From Felis catus (Eukaryota): a stretch of DNA of 64,000 nt. Where the stretch lies: contig NC_058373.1 in assembly GCF_018350175.1 (NCBI RefSeq), positions 107,696,001-107,760,000 of the forward strand, written 5' to 3'. Positions 26,051 through 39,929 of this stretch are shown here, piece after piece. Position 1 is the stretch's first letter; each line of letters begins with the position of its first letter. A program made the position numbers and the translations under genes. The notes beneath the pieces were generated by a model. The model was not told the DNA's origin and searched no databases. It saw only the letters and a list, made by a program, of their open reading frames with translations.

Positions 26051-29000
26051 CTGCCTTTTCCCTTCCATATTGCCTATTATCTATATTATATCTCTATATC
26101 TATCTTTTTCTATATCCACTGGTGTATGTGTGTGTGTATTTATTTGTTTTTATGTATTTATACATAATGCCAGCAGGAAACCTGGGTTATAGAATATGAA
26201 AGAATTAGTCAGGTCCACCTTATGTTGATAGGTCCTTGTACTCTGGTAGAGAAATATGAACATATCCCTATAACTTCAAAGTTTTAGTCCTTTAACATCA
26301 TAATATACAAGCGGACAATGTCTTAGCAAAGCATCTAAGGGTATAACAACGTGTGTGTGTGCACATATGCATACACATGCCCGTGCACTTTCTGGAGTGT
26401 GTCTTAGAACAAAATCCTTATTTCATTTAATCTCATATACTAAAAGGGCAAATGCATGGGCATTGTTTAACCAAGTCCTTGCTCCGCACCTTATAACTGT
26501 GTACCAGAGGCCATGGAAACTGGATCACTCTCTCAGGATGCCATTACAGCCAAGCAGAATCTCATTAAAAATCAATTCCTCAGGTCCATAAAGCCAGTTT
26601 ATTTTATCTTCCTGGAGTGCCTGCTGCTAGCCGTTACACGGTCCCATTGTGAGGCAGTCTTGTCTGTTAAGAACGCTGCACAAAACAGCTATTTAAAGAT
26701 TTTTTCCATTTTTATGTTAAACTTTATAATTTTGCAGTAATTTAAGTTTACAGGGTTTACTTCTCAAGCTTAGAGTATCTTGTTACATGTGTTAGAAGTA
26801 GCATTGCCAGTCCTACGGTCCCACTAATTAAATATTTGCCTTTATAAACTAGATGTTGTCCAATGTGAATGTGCAGATTTAATAGGGTAGCAGGGGCTCC
26901 AGAGCTAAGAAAGCCCAATTTGGCCAATTTCTGCAATTTCTCGTACATTGCTGCTTTCCTGCTGTGGAGTTGTGCCTATGGCCATCACTGGTAATAACAG
27001 AAAAATCAGGTACAGAATTTGTTCTTTGTAGTGACTTTATTTCAAGTATCTCTAAACATCTTAGAAATCAATACGCATTGGCCAAATTTTATAAATGGGG
27101 AGTTGAAAGCACATAGAGATTTAGTGACCTGTACAGGTCACACCTGAACGAGCAACAGCGGTGGAAGAAACTAGGGAGACTGCTCTGGCCTCATCTGGAA
27201 TCTTTTAACTCTCTTGACCCCCTTCGGAGGGTTTAGGGGCTAGCTGATTTCAAAGATCAGTGAACTTTTTGGAAGAGTAGTTGGCAGTGAAACATAGAGG
27301 CTTGGATTCCTTAGATTTGAACTATGCCGATGATGCAAGCTCCGTTTGCATTTTAGAGGAGTCCGTGTGGTTAGTGAGAATAAAGAGGAACGAAGGAGGG
27401 TGGCTGGACTGGGAGTGGAGGAGGAAGAGGGTTAAGATCTCCAAGACACCAAGTGCCCCTTCTCCCCAACTAAATAAGCATATCATGATTTTGTTTTGAA
27501 AGGAAGGTGACAAGTCGACCTTGGAAGGAACCAAATCCCAAATAAACCTCAATAAGATCCTTTAAAGATTTTCAGCAGGAAATAGGAGAACTCTTCTCTG
27601 TTATGAACTCTTGCAATTCTGACAATTGTGTTTCTCCTCCAGAAACCATCACTGGGACACCGTTCTCCCAGATGCCTTATGTGGAACCCCATGTCTGCAA
27701 GATGATACTTGGTGTTGGAACAACAAAAAAGGTAGGTGTTCAAATGTGTTTGCGTAGTTTTGCAACACGTATAAACTTCCTGGAGCTTCATAAGAATATT
27801 AGCATGCTAAAGGCTCTAGAAATCCTACAGGAAAGAAGTCTTATTTTAACTTGTTTGACCATGGGCTTTGCAGCAAAACAACAACATATAGCATCGCATG
27901 AAAATAGAAATAATCTACGGAAGACATTTCAGGGAAATGTTTGCCCTTTGACATTAAAACAAAAAAAATCAGTCCTATGTCCAGTCCACTACACAAATTT
28001 CCAACTAAATCCCAAGGTGAAAATTCTACCACTGGAAGGAATCCAATGACTTGGTCCAACAGCCTTATTCCACAGAGGAGGAGGTACAAAATATTAAATA
28101 ACTTATTTCAGTCACATGTAGTGACAGAAATGTACCATATGGAGGCCCTCCACCTCCCAAAGCAGTGACTGTCTGTGTCACCACTCTGCCATTCAAAACA
28201 CCTTTAATACTTCCCTACTCCAAATCATCTGTCAATTTAGAATAATTTTTGGCTGGGTTTGAAAACACAAAACTGAAATGTTGCTACATCACTGCTCTGT
28301 GCTAATGCTTGTTTGTGACGAGACTGGGTTGCAGAACAGGTATCAGGAGAGAGCTCCAAGATGAGAGCCCTAAGAATTTGAAAAAGGAGGTGCTCCAGGA
28401 TGGGGGATGAGTTTAAAAGACGACCAAGGCTTTTAGAAAAATTATAGATCCAGAATGTATACAATGCCAAAGAGACCCTGATGCTTCATAAAGCAAGCAG
28501 TTGAGAAAGTTTTCAAACTGAAGGAACTTTTTGGGGTACAGAAAAGGTAGAGCTCATTGTGGGGAAACACTATCAGAAGAATTGTCTACAAGAGTCTTGA
28601 GCCAGTGGTGTTACTCAGCACTGAAAAAGGGAACCAGAGCGAAGATGGATAGAGGTATCTTCTGAAGGGCCAGAATATTATTTTTTTTTTGGAAAAGACT
28701 TTATGTGCCTGAGTTATTGGTAAACTTGCCATTCTCCATATTTGTGTACATTTTGTACTACCAAAGACCCCCAAAATTGACACAAGAGTCCATGTACGTT
28801 AAAAAATTCTGGTATTATGAATTTTTCTGAAATGGAGTCTAGGAAAAGAGGTGAGAAGATAGGGGTGGGTGGTGGAGAATAAGAAACACAACTTTTGAAG
28901 GAAAAAAAACCCCACTAAAACCTGATTCCTTAGGCAGGGTGGCAGAGGGTGGGGTTGTAGTGAACCTTTAACCAGGCTGAGTCTAAATTGACTGGGAGGC

Positions 29001-29771
29001 TTTTATTTGCAACTCTCCCTTGGCGATGTTTTATCACAGTATAGTTTGTATTCTTGGCCAAGAAAAGAACTGAGGGAGAATGGAATTGGCTCAGTCTGAG
29101 CTCTGACAAGACAGTCACAATAATAGAAGACATCTTTTCCCTATAACTTTGGAAAACATGAAAGCAGATATTGGCTCTGAGTATGTCTGATGGTCTAACT
29201 TTATTTCCTGTCAACAGAAATAACTCTGATTTATATTTGGTCATCAAGTTCACACAATCACATACAACTCATACTGAAAGAGCACAGAGAGGTGTAATAT
29301 ACAGAGCCATGATGTATGTCTATCCGGCAAAGCTTCCTGGTCCAAAGGAGACCTCGGGGACTGAGCAAGACACTTCAGTATTCTCACTCTTCTGACACTC
29401 TATCCCCCTGTGCATCTTCCAGTGAGGTATATTGCAAGGGCTTCAGATGAGCTACGTGTTGGCTTTGATCTCAGAGACCTTCACCTACCCTCTTTGTGGT
29501 CTAGAAGGTTGGCTGGCCTGTATCCAATAATTACAGTGGGATGCTGAAGGCTGAGGGGCTGATCTCAGCTGGCAGCTGGCACATTGTTTTATTCTACTAA
29601 TATCTGGGTACATCAGAGGAGTGAGAGAATTTTTAAAATTCCATTTCCTTCTCCAAATTGATCGATGGTGCAAGTGGTGGAAATTGAGTGAATACGCCTT
29701 TGCAGTTAATGTCATCTCGTGTCATCTGGTTTCAAATTCAGAAGCATTCTTTCCACTGCCCTGTTATTATA

Positions 29772-30307
29772 CTGTGCAATTCATTGGATTTAAGATGCCA
29801 TCAATCATAAAATGTACCATTGTTTTCTGTACCGCTAAGAAAAAAAAAATGCCGCCAATAGAATAGGACCTAATAATTCCTTACATCTAAATTTTTGTAT
29901 TTTATCCTTATTAAAAAAGGTTCTTTTATATTTCTTTAGGTACGTTTTTTATTACATATCGCACTTGTGCAAACATAAAAAAGGAAAATGTATGTAAAAT
30001 AAATTGACTAAAGTTCTCCCCAAACTTCTTCACGTTCACAGTCCAACTCTTCCAAATGCCTCTGGAGACAGAATCATCAAAGGTGTACACAATGCAATGT
30101 TTTGTCCCAAAATACAACACTGCAGCCCAAAGACAACTACATCATGACTGTTGTCTGGCTGACAGTGAGTTTAAGTGGCACAATGGATAAGTTTAAGTTG
30201 CCACTGGATAGTGAGGAGCCTGGCCCTTGAGACACGTTCTTATTTTAGAGGTGTTAAAATGTGTGTGTATGGGAGGGCAGGTGTATCTTATGAGGTAAGA
30301 AATACGG
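29772..30307. mobile_element. Kanga/MER104-like TcMar-Tc2 DNA transposon relic
   Basis: Left end ta|ctgtgcaattcattggatttaagatgccatc and right end gaggtgttaaaatgtg...tcttatgaggtaagaaatacgg|ta resemble degenerate CCGTATTTCATCGATTCTAAGA-type TIRs with TA TSDs. Confidence 0.5.
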
Positions 30308-31104
30308 TATATGTCGGCATCAAAGCACGGTGTGAGACTCACATACACAAAATTTCAAAACACTTCGTAAATATTTCTATTTCTGAGGTTCAGTATCAGT
30401 CTCAGGAAAGTATGCCAAGTTTAAAATCATCCACACCTGAATTACTGTCTCAGTGTCACCAATGCATAGGCTCCTAAGTGAGGATATTTATTTTGCTTTT
30501 AGAGAGACTCTAGAAGCTTTCTTCTTGAAAGACGTTCTTATTGACAAGCCTGTGAGGCAACTTCATATAGTTCCTGGGAAAGGTGACTGGCAATATTTAC
30601 CAGCCCTTCGTTAAAAAAAACACAATTTCTAATATAAAATGACATATTTATGCCTATTGGCAAAGTTATTTGGTGAAAAAAAGAATAGTAACAGTCTTTT
30701 TCATTTTTTGTGCCTAAGCTTTCAACAAAATAGATGACATATATTTTTCCAACATTAGCATCAAGATCTTTCCTCTATGACATAGCTCTAAATAAACACA
30801 GATGTTTTAAGAGAAAAAAAAATTTAAATTGGTAGTAACCGCTAGAATTATATTTGAAGAGAATATTCTATAATATTTGAATACAAGTTAAACATGCCCG
30901 TTTCTTTTTCGATTAATTAATTGGAATGCATTAAAACTCATGGAATTATTATGCAATTTAAGAGTGTTTGTATGTAATTTAATCTCAGGAACTTTAATTT
31001 TTGAAGCAAATATTTCACATAAGCATATATATCACGTAAAACATGTTTTTCCCTTCCCACTTGGGTTAGGCCCAGAGGCAATTAAATGCTGGTGATTCTG
31101 TTTC

Positions 31105-31123
31105 TGTCCAGCAGAGGGCAGTA
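31105..31123 (+). promoter_or_regulatory. Candidate CTCF site
   Basis: TGTCCAGCAGAGGGCAGTA closely matches the CTCF core CCAGCAGRGGGCRS; non-repeat context. Confidence 0.55.
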
Positions 31124-32240
31124 GTGCACACCTTTAGAAGCGGGATTCCCATGCCCATTTGGACAGGCATCCACCTGAGAAACCTTACACCACGTTCTGT
31201 GTCTCTGGAATCAGGCCTTGATCACAGTCCCTGGTAGGGTCAGCAGGCCACGACGAGTTGAAGGTGGCAGAGATGAAACCTCCCCTTCCCGGTTCTGTGG
31301 AATGTCCCCCAGCCCAGGGGATGCAACACAGGAAAAATGTGAGGCTTTATGACATGCGAAGGGCCTGGGACTTGAGCCCCACTGCTTGTCTGCTTGAGTG
31401 CACTTTGGGCAACAAATTTGAGGAAATATGGTTAAAATGCAACGCATTCCCTGCCCATGATATCTGCATTAGATTAGGTTAGATTATTCCATTTCCTCCT
31501 GTTTTCTGCTCTGATGAACGAGAGTGAGGAGAAGATGGGCAGATTTGGCTCCTGTAGGGGCATCTTCTAATTCTCCCCATGTCACTGCCCAGAGCTTTGC
31601 TTCTTTCATACAGTATTTGGACAAACTGAGAATGTCAGACCCACCAGGTTCCCAGGGACTGGCCAGCAGGGGCACCTCTGTTCCTTTGAACTTTCAATTA
31701 AAACAGAGGGCTTTGGGCAGCAGTCCATCTCATGTCATTTTTATTATTCAATTTAAAGAAAATGTTACATTCAACAATTTTTTTTCCAATTTCCTTAACG
31801 AGGTAACAAATTCCTAAGAATAGCTTCTTCTAATTCTGTGCATTGCTTGAGTCTATAGAAGCGCTGGAAACACCACAGAGAGTCTAAAGGTGTCATGAAA
31901 AGTGTAGTCTTAGAACCCCTGCCACAGCTTTTCATCAGCACAGGAGCATTTGCCACAGGCTGTTATTATTTTTTCCATACCATATTACGTGCACAATTTC
32001 AGAAATAATAGCAAAATGGACGCCAGGGTATCCAACCTCCAAGTTTAAGGAAAACAATATTACCAGTACCTTTGATGCCCCTCTTTGCCCCTCCCTGCTT
32101 CCATTTGCTTTCTTCTCTCTTAGGGGTAAGTCCTCTTCTAGATTATCATCATTTCCATGCTTTTCTTCATTGTCTGAAACTCTCTCTACTCTGTTCTGGT
32201 GATCTAGGTGTCAGTCCCTGCACTAAAATCACCCTGTGTA

Positions 32241-32457
32241 GGGGCGCCTGGGTGGTTCAGTCCGTTAAGCGACGGACTCTTGGTTTTGGCGCAGGTCATG
32301 ATCTCGCAGTTCGTGAGTTTGAGCCCTGCGTTAGGTTCTGAGCTGACAGTGTAGATAGAGCCTGCTTGGGATTCTCAGTCTCCCTCTCTTTCTGCCCCTC
32401 CCCACTTGTGCTCTCTCTCTCTCTCCTAAAATAAATAAATAAACATTAAAAATAAAA
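32241..32457 (+). mobile_element. Can-SINE
   Basis: ggggcgcctgggtggttcagtccgttaagc head; TSD taaaatcaccctgt(g/c)ta at 32224-32240 and 32458-32474. Confidence 0.93.
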
Positions 32458-32649
32458 TAAAATCACCCTGTCTAAATTCCTGAAGCTTTATAGTAAGTCT
32501 TCATTTCTTCACTCTCCCAAACCCTGTTCTTCCTTTTCAGGGGTTTCTTGACTATTTTTGTTTCTTTGTAAGATTAGTTTTAATATTCATAATTAATCCT
32601 TATTAGAAACTAAAAGAAAAATAGAGGTTGAATGTTGAGCTCCTTGGTG

Positions 32650-33010
32650 TATAACCTCTCGGTCTGATGAGCTGGCTCTTCACTACTAACTGTGCTGCCT
32701 GAGGCTAGTTACTTAACCCCTCTGAGCCTCAGCTCTCTCATCAGTGACATGCGGATGACAATAGTATCTATCTCATAGGATTGCATCCCTATTGACTTTG
32801 AATAGCTATGGAGCTTCTGAAGTCACACTGACTCGGCTAGACTCCTGGCTGTCTCCCACCAGACTATGTTAGACTTGAACTAGTTTATTTTTCCAAAATT
32901 CCGTCTCTACTTTTGCAAATGGGGGTAATCGAGGTTCGTTGTAAAGATCAAATGAGAAAACCCAGTGAAATTGCTGAGCATGTCGTCTGGCACATGGAAA
33001 GTGCTTAACA
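32650..33010 (+). mobile_element. Two adjacent MIR fragments
   Basis: gttacttaacccctctgagcctcagctctctcatcag and gcaaatgggggtaat...gtaaagatcaaatgaga...ctggcacatggaaagtgcttaa. Confidence 0.65.
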
Positions 33011-34239
33011 ATTTCATTTCAGCATTTTAACTAGCCTCAATTTTAAGAGCGAATTGCTCCTCAATGCTAAAAACTCTCTCTAGTCTCTGAGTGTCTGTGA
33101 AAGCCATTGCCTGGTGTTGGAGAACACCAATAGTAAAGAGAAGTTTGTAGCACCATCTCTGTGCTCTTGCAGACTTTCTTTGTTTTCATCTTTCTGAGGT
33201 ACGGGGTGCTGAGGAGAAGAAAGTATTCCTGATTCAGGGCCAAACTCGCCTTCCTAGGCCCTCCCTCTGGTTCCACCGCCCGTTTCGTCGGCTTAGGGCT
33301 GCCAACGCCAAGCTGTCCCTTAACTTGTTTTCCAGAATCAGAGGAAAGTTTATAATAACAAAATTTTATAGCTCCTGCCCAGTAACATATATTACTTAAA
33401 AAAAATACCTTTCCCTTATCATGCATTATTCTTTTACATGTACAATTTTCCTGACGTATTGAAGTAATATTCCACGGTTTGCTATGACTTGGAGGTTTAT
33501 GGCCCTTCTGTGGCAGATCAGACTAAACATAATTCATTCATAGCTACTTAGTGCTCAGGGAAATAAACCCCTGAACTTAAATAACTATGGTGTGACCTCT
33601 GTAAAATATTATTTATGGTTTTAAAACTACTATTATGTAGATATCAAGATGTGCCAAACGTTATAAACCAAACATCAGCTGGCAAATGGGACAACTACTA
33701 TTCCATTTATTTTTGCTTTCCTTTCTGGATATTTCTCTACAAATGCTATTTTTACTTAAATGGATTCTGGGGTAATTACCTGGCAGAGGAAAGCAGTGTG
33801 CATTTACATTTTATTATAGACTACTACGGTTAGGAAAACATTCTGCTCCATAAAGAAGCACCACAAAAATGTAAACATTCCATTAATTTACTGCAGCTTA
33901 ATAGGAAAGACATTGATCCCCTTTAAGTATGAAGTAACTGTCCCTGCTATCAATGGACTAAGGTGACCCATCCGCTATTCATTTCTGCAAATTAGTTTGC
34001 AGCAGGAAGACCTGATTGCACATTTAAGTTATCCAAATGGGAACCCTAAGCGTAGCATGTTCATGCTGTTAAGAATATATGAGCATCCCCAGCACTCCTT
34101 ACTTGAAATGTTCAAACGTTGAGGGTGTCATTCTCCACATCTCATTTGTTTCCTCACTTATTTCCTATGTATTCAACTGTATGGTAGGAAATAATACGTG
34201 CAGTGGTAGTAACGTAATGGAATCACTGGATTCCTAATA

Positions 34240-35220
34240 ATCGTTCAACAAATATTTGAAGACCCACCATGTGCTAGTCACTCAACTTGGCACTGGCAAT
34301 AGTAGAGATAAATGAGAAAAAAAGTCTCAGCCATCAAAGAGCTAACAGTCTGGATATAGAGATAGATAAGCAAATAAGCAATTTCTACGTAACACAGTAA
34401 GTGCTCTGAGAGAGGAATAAGCACAGAGGGAAGTCTAGGTTGGGGACAGGGAGGAGAGGAGGCAAGAGGGACTTGCGGAGGACATCACAGAGGACGGAGG
34501 ACCCAGTATAGTCTTGAGGATGAGTGGGGAGATTTGGGTGTCATGTGGACAAGCCAGACCGGCATGGGCAAAGACATGAGGGTTTGTTGGGTACAGACCT
34601 CTTCAAATCATTCAATATGGCTGGAATTTGGTGGGGCCTTGAAGAAAAGGGGATCAAGATTTATAATGAGGCCAACTCTGGAGGCCTTGTAGACCCTGCT
34701 AAGGAATTTAGACTTCCTCCTTTCGGCTGTGCATAGACAGGAGAGATTTTGAGCCAAGGGGAACGGGATGAGATTTATGTTTTGGCTAGCTCGTTGTGGC
34801 TGGGATGTGGAGAATAAACTGGAACCCAATTAGCAGGCTCCTCCAACTTCCAGATGAGAAATAACAAAGACCTGGGCCAGAGTGGTGACAAAGAGAGACC
34901 TGATTGAAAGTGCATTGGGGATATAGAAGCAACAGGATCTGATAACCATTTGGATGTAAAAGGAAACAGGGAATAGTCAAGGAAGCAGTTCAGATTTTTG
35001 GTTTGGGTGAGAGAGAGAGAGAGAGAGAGAGTCCTTTCCCACAACCAGGACTGGTTTTGGAAGAATGGGCTTGGCACAGAGGCCAATGAGTTAGTGCTGA
35101 CCATGGAATTTACACTACCTGTAAGCCATTTAGGTGTGTTCCATAGGCACTTGGAAATGTGAGTTTGGTGAGAAGGCAGGATACCATTCATGTATGTGAT
35201 GTTTGATATTGTTATTGAAG
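34240..35220 (-). mobile_element. L2 fragment
   Basis: cgttcaacaaatatttgaagacccaccatgtgctag...ttttgagccaagggaacgggatgagattt...ggaatagtcaagg motifs. Confidence 0.7.
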
Positions 35221-36496
35221 ATTTTTGAAAGTGAGTGTGCAAGCTCATTTGCCCCTCAAGTAAAATTTGAGAAACACCCTAATTCAGTTATTTGCAAATT
35301 CTGTTAATGTAACATAAGTCTTAACTCCTAAAGTCTTTTGGGAAAAGAGTAAAACATATTGTACATTCTATCACTATGAATAGGAATGTTGCCTTTCCCA
35401 TTTTGGATTCTTTGACACAAATGGGAAATGTCTTTTACCTATTAAAATCAGAGTAAGAATTAAGTCTCCCTTGGAAAATACTCAAGTGGTCCATTTAAAT
35501 GACGATCACTGCCACATCCAGAAGTTATGCTTTTGAGAACACTACTCACTATTAGAGAGTTCTGGAGAAAAAAAAAAACAACACAACTGAGCAAAATAGC
35601 AAGGAATATGAGAAAGGAATATATTTCTTCCTCATCACTCCTGATGACTTTCTAAAAGCTCATGCATTTTGATGGGTAAGATTAATGAGACCACATAGTG
35701 TTAAGCACCTTGAATTTTTAGAACAAAGGCCTTTTAGAAGAACAAAGTATCATTATTAATGACACATCATTTACAGTTTTCATCAGTAATGTAAAGTTTC
35801 AGCCACTCTAATGGGAACTTGGTTACGAGCTCAATATAGAGGGCAAGGCTATTAACAAAGGTTCTTGACAGTAATACCTTTCGCTTCTAAGGAAAAAGAT
35901 AAATCACACTCAAACTGATCAAAAAGACAAGCTGAGGGGTTCAGAAGGAGGTGAGCCATTGCTTACAGAATTTCTTAAAGGCCTTGTCATCAATGAGCCC
36001 GCTGGCAAGTTCTGCCCTCTGGGATGGGCTCCTTTGGCTGCCAACCCCCCTCCCTATCTCCTGGACACTTTGCTAGTTCAGAAAAATGTCTCATGCTCTA
36101 AACCTCATCTTTCCCTTTTATCCCCCCTCTCCTATCTCTCTGCACCAGCAAAGAGTCTCTGCTGGGTTTCATCACCTCCAAGATTTTTCTCTGTCCTATG
36201 GTGAGTTGCTCAGCCAAGCACATGCCATAAGGAATGCAACATGCTGCAGTGACTTAATCTACGTGGTGGCAATCATAATGCCAGGTGAGTGGAGAAGTGT
36301 TTTATGTCTTGAATACATGTTGTTAGTCTTGTCAGGGCAATGATGGGGGGTGGCTATATGCATAAAGTCAATGCTGCCGGCAATTTTTGCAAGTTCTTTA
36401 CACAGAGTGCTGCTGTCATGTAAGTTCTCTTCAGGAACGTATTTCAGTGAGATTCGTTAAGGCCTTCTTAATGACACTTGAAAGATGACTCTGTTT

Positions 36497-36695
36497 GTGG
36501 CTCAGTCGGTTAAGCTCCAACTTCAGCTCAGGTTATGATCTTGCTGTTCCAGAGTTGGAGCCCTGCATCGGGCTCCGTGCTAACAGCTCAGATCCTGAAG
36601 CCTGTTTCGGATTCTGTGTCTCCCTCTCTCTCTGCCCCTCCCCCACTCACGCTGTCTCTGTCTCAAAAATAAGTAAATATTTAAAAAATTTAAAA
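36497..36695 (+). mobile_element. Can-SINE lacking its first ~11 nt
   Basis: Starts gtggctcagtcggttaag; TSD aaagat(g/a)actctgttt at 36481-36496 and 36696-36711. Confidence 0.92.
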
Positions 36696-39489
36696 AAAGA
36701 TAACTCTGTTTTTGTAGGAGGGGAATTGAGAGAAATTCTGGGGAAAAAATTGAAGTCAAAATTTTTTAAAAATTTGTCATCTAAAATCAGCTATGTTTTA
36801 GCTAGAGAAAAAAAAAGCCTGATAAAAATAAAGAGGGAATTTACTATTATTACAGTCAGTGATGACTTATATCCAAGCACATATAAGATAAGGAGTTGAT
36901 TACCTTGCAGTTCTACCAATAACTCTCTTTGAGAACTTACTCAAGATTGTTGAGATCTTCAATGACAGGAAGAGACAACAGATTTAAAGAGAGGAAGAAA
37001 GTGTTGTGGTTATACGTTGTGAAGAGGTGTTGGTTACTAACAGAAATCCCAGGCTATTATTCTGTCTCTGACTTTTAATGAACGCATAGTCAGTAAATTG
37101 TTTAGCTGACTTGATTCTGGAGATACCTGGAGTCTTTCTTGTTATATTATTGTTTTGGGAGTTCCCACCTACCGTCTTTGTTTCTCTTTGGTTTGTGGTT
37201 TAATTTACAAGGCAGATCAAAGCACATTTCCAGTCCAGTTGTTGGGGCTCACTCTTTTCTGTCTCATTCCAGAAGACACAGCCCTAGCTAGGGGCATTTA
37301 CTAGACAACATGAAAATTCAAGCACAGCTGGAACCCTGAAATACCAAACAAAATGCTACAGCACACAGATCATCACAGGAGAATGTTTCACATTTTTGTT
37401 CTGGACATTTTTTGAGGCTTTGGAGTCCAAAATACCCACCCAATAAATAATTGCAATTTAGAATTTGGGTAAAATGCAGAAATGGAGAAGACTACTACAA
37501 TCATATTCTTTAATAAAATTTCATATTATTTTTTACATTGACCACATTTTACCAAATTTAAGTAATAGTTGAAGATCATCTAATTCGTATTACATGTTGA
37601 TGTTCATATAAGTTCAAATTCTGTTTTAGGAAGTTAACACTGAAAGACTGCATTTACTCTGAGCCTTATTTTGAAAGATGATTTTCTTGCTGCAATAAAA
37701 ACCTGCTAATAACACGTGAACAAAGTGGTTGGTACTGTTTGTGCCTTTAAGACCATAGTTCAAAAGAATTAAGCAAATGTGATAACAAAGGTAAGACAAA
37801 CATAACCTTTGTTCTCTTTCAAAAATCCAGAGAATAGGGCCTGGAACCACACTCATTGATTTAATCAGAACCCCTTAAGTTTTGTGGTCTCATTAAACAA
37901 TTTAGAGCAATGGACTGAATATTGTTAAAATGATAGCAAAATACATAGTTGCTCTCGACCACATAGTAAGAAAGTAGTAAATTCTCTTACCCAACATAAA
38001 GAAAGCTAGGCTAGTAAGCTGCTTGATCAAACATTCATAATAAATAAAAATTATCTTATATACATATAATGATCCTATTTTCATAGACTAAAATCGCAAT
38101 ATGCAATCTGACAATAAAATTGTGTCACATTCTGGGACTCGGAAGCCAACACACGAGAATTGCTAAAATATTTTTTGGTTTATGTAAAATAGTGGGACAG
38201 AATATTAAATCACAACTGTTCCAGAAGGTCTGAGACAGAGGTCAGTGAACACGCATGCTGTCCATCAATTATTAATTTTCAAAGAACTAGAATAGAGTAT
38301 AATAAAATTAATGTAAATAATTCAATACAATTCAATAGTCTTTGGCTACTTAAAAAAATACATCAAAGTCTCATAATACCTTACAGGCATGAGCAAAAAC
38401 AGTAGTAACTGGAAAGTAGCTTTAATAGAGAGCAGGCACTGGACAATTGTTTACTTTCAGGAAATAAACTGGTTAAGATGATATCACTAAGGAGTTTTTG
38501 TTTTGCCATAAAAAGAAGGTTTTTTTTTTTTAAATCTATAGCTTAGAATAACTTTCTATACATTAGGATAATTTTAGAGTAGTCAGACTTTAAAATTATC
38601 TTGAAGTTTCAAACAATTCTTAAGATTCTAGATAACATATAGGACTATATTCCTTAGCATTCCTTTAAACCATTACTACAAACAAACATGCTTCAGTTGA
38701 GAAAAAAAGTTTTTTCTTAGACTCCAGGGAAAATATATGCATGAAGGAAAACTTTTTTTCTCTAAGCATAAAAAATAATTTAGATGATGAAGAGGACCAA
38801 GTCAGGAGTCAGGAGACACAGGAATGACTTTAGGGAAATAATTTTCCCTCTAAGACCCCTTCCATCTATCTAAGTTTAAAACATTCACTCCAAGCTATAC
38901 AAAGTGACCTGGCATTTTCAAGTTTCTACACAGTACTTGGCAAAGTGTTTGGTTTTGTGTTTTTTTTTTTTTCACTTTAACCCTCCAATATTAAATAAAT
39001 TGATACAAACCCTGTTTTGCAAATCTTTATGCCAGATTTCTAGAGATAGCAAGTTATTTTTCACTCATTCCACAACTTATGGAGTGTTTTCCATATTGAA
39101 GGCAGGATTGTAGACCAAACTTGAAACATTATGATTGTTACAGCCCCTGGGAACAAATGACTACCTGAAAAGCTGGGCTCACATGACTGCTTCAGGCCCA
39201 TCCTCAGACACATGAGAAAACAGGGAAACAGCCAGTATTCTACTTGCTCCCTGGTTCAGGGCAGTGATTCCAGAATTTGAGGGAATACAGGAGGGATCTC
39301 CAGACAGGCTTGTTAAAATACAGCTTTAGGAGGTGCACTCCTGCGTGTGTCAGCATCTGGGGATAATGCTTCCTAATCTGTCTACATTTTTCACAAATAT
39401 ATTCTTTCCCACCCCTCCACACCTCTGGAAGTTATTTGAGGGCTTTACTCTCTCCTCCAGCCCCCCTCCCCGCAAGAAAACCACTGTGT

Positions 39490-39620
39490 TGTAGTGATAA
39501 AAGAGTCAGAGTCAGGAGCCAACGAGTGGCTACGTGACCTTGAATAAGTTATTTAAAGTCTCTAGGTCTCAGTCTTCTCATCAGATAGAAGTTGAACACG
39601 GAATCTCCACCGTCCCTTCC
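39490..39620 (+). mobile_element. MIR fragment inside the TMEM30B 3' UTR
   Basis: gtgaccttgaataagttatttaaagtctctaggtctcagtcttctcatc core. Confidence 0.6.
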
Positions 39621-39649
39621 ATGCTCAGATGCCGAAGACTTTAAGAACC

Positions 39650-39651
<2 letters not shown>

Positions 39652-39710
<59 letters not shown>
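39652..39710. repeat. (AC)n microsatellite in the TMEM30B 3' UTR (UG repeat in the mRNA)
   Basis: About 29 perfect units. Confidence 0.98.
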
Positions 39711-39715
<5 letters not shown>

Positions 39716-39929
39716 AACCTAACAGGTCAACTTGGGAAATCGTGAAGATGGGGAGAATTTGTTAAGATCGTCTCATTCTGCCATCCAAACACCCCAGCAA
39801 GTGGGTATAATTCCTCCCTCTGGTCCCCTCATCACAACAGGAGGAAAAGTGAGGAGAGGTTGGAATTGGGATTGGAATCGAGGGGCAGAAGCCTACGAAG
39901 CCTGCCAGAGTTTTGTTTGGCAAGTAGCC

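Noticed and set aside
27603..28049. 148-aa ORF and other 100-157-aa ORFs in unique, L2 or microsatellite sequence (e.g. 34775..35248, 43655..44092, 3536..3868)
   Set aside because: No recognisable homology, codon bias or exon structure; several lie within L2 or simple repeats.
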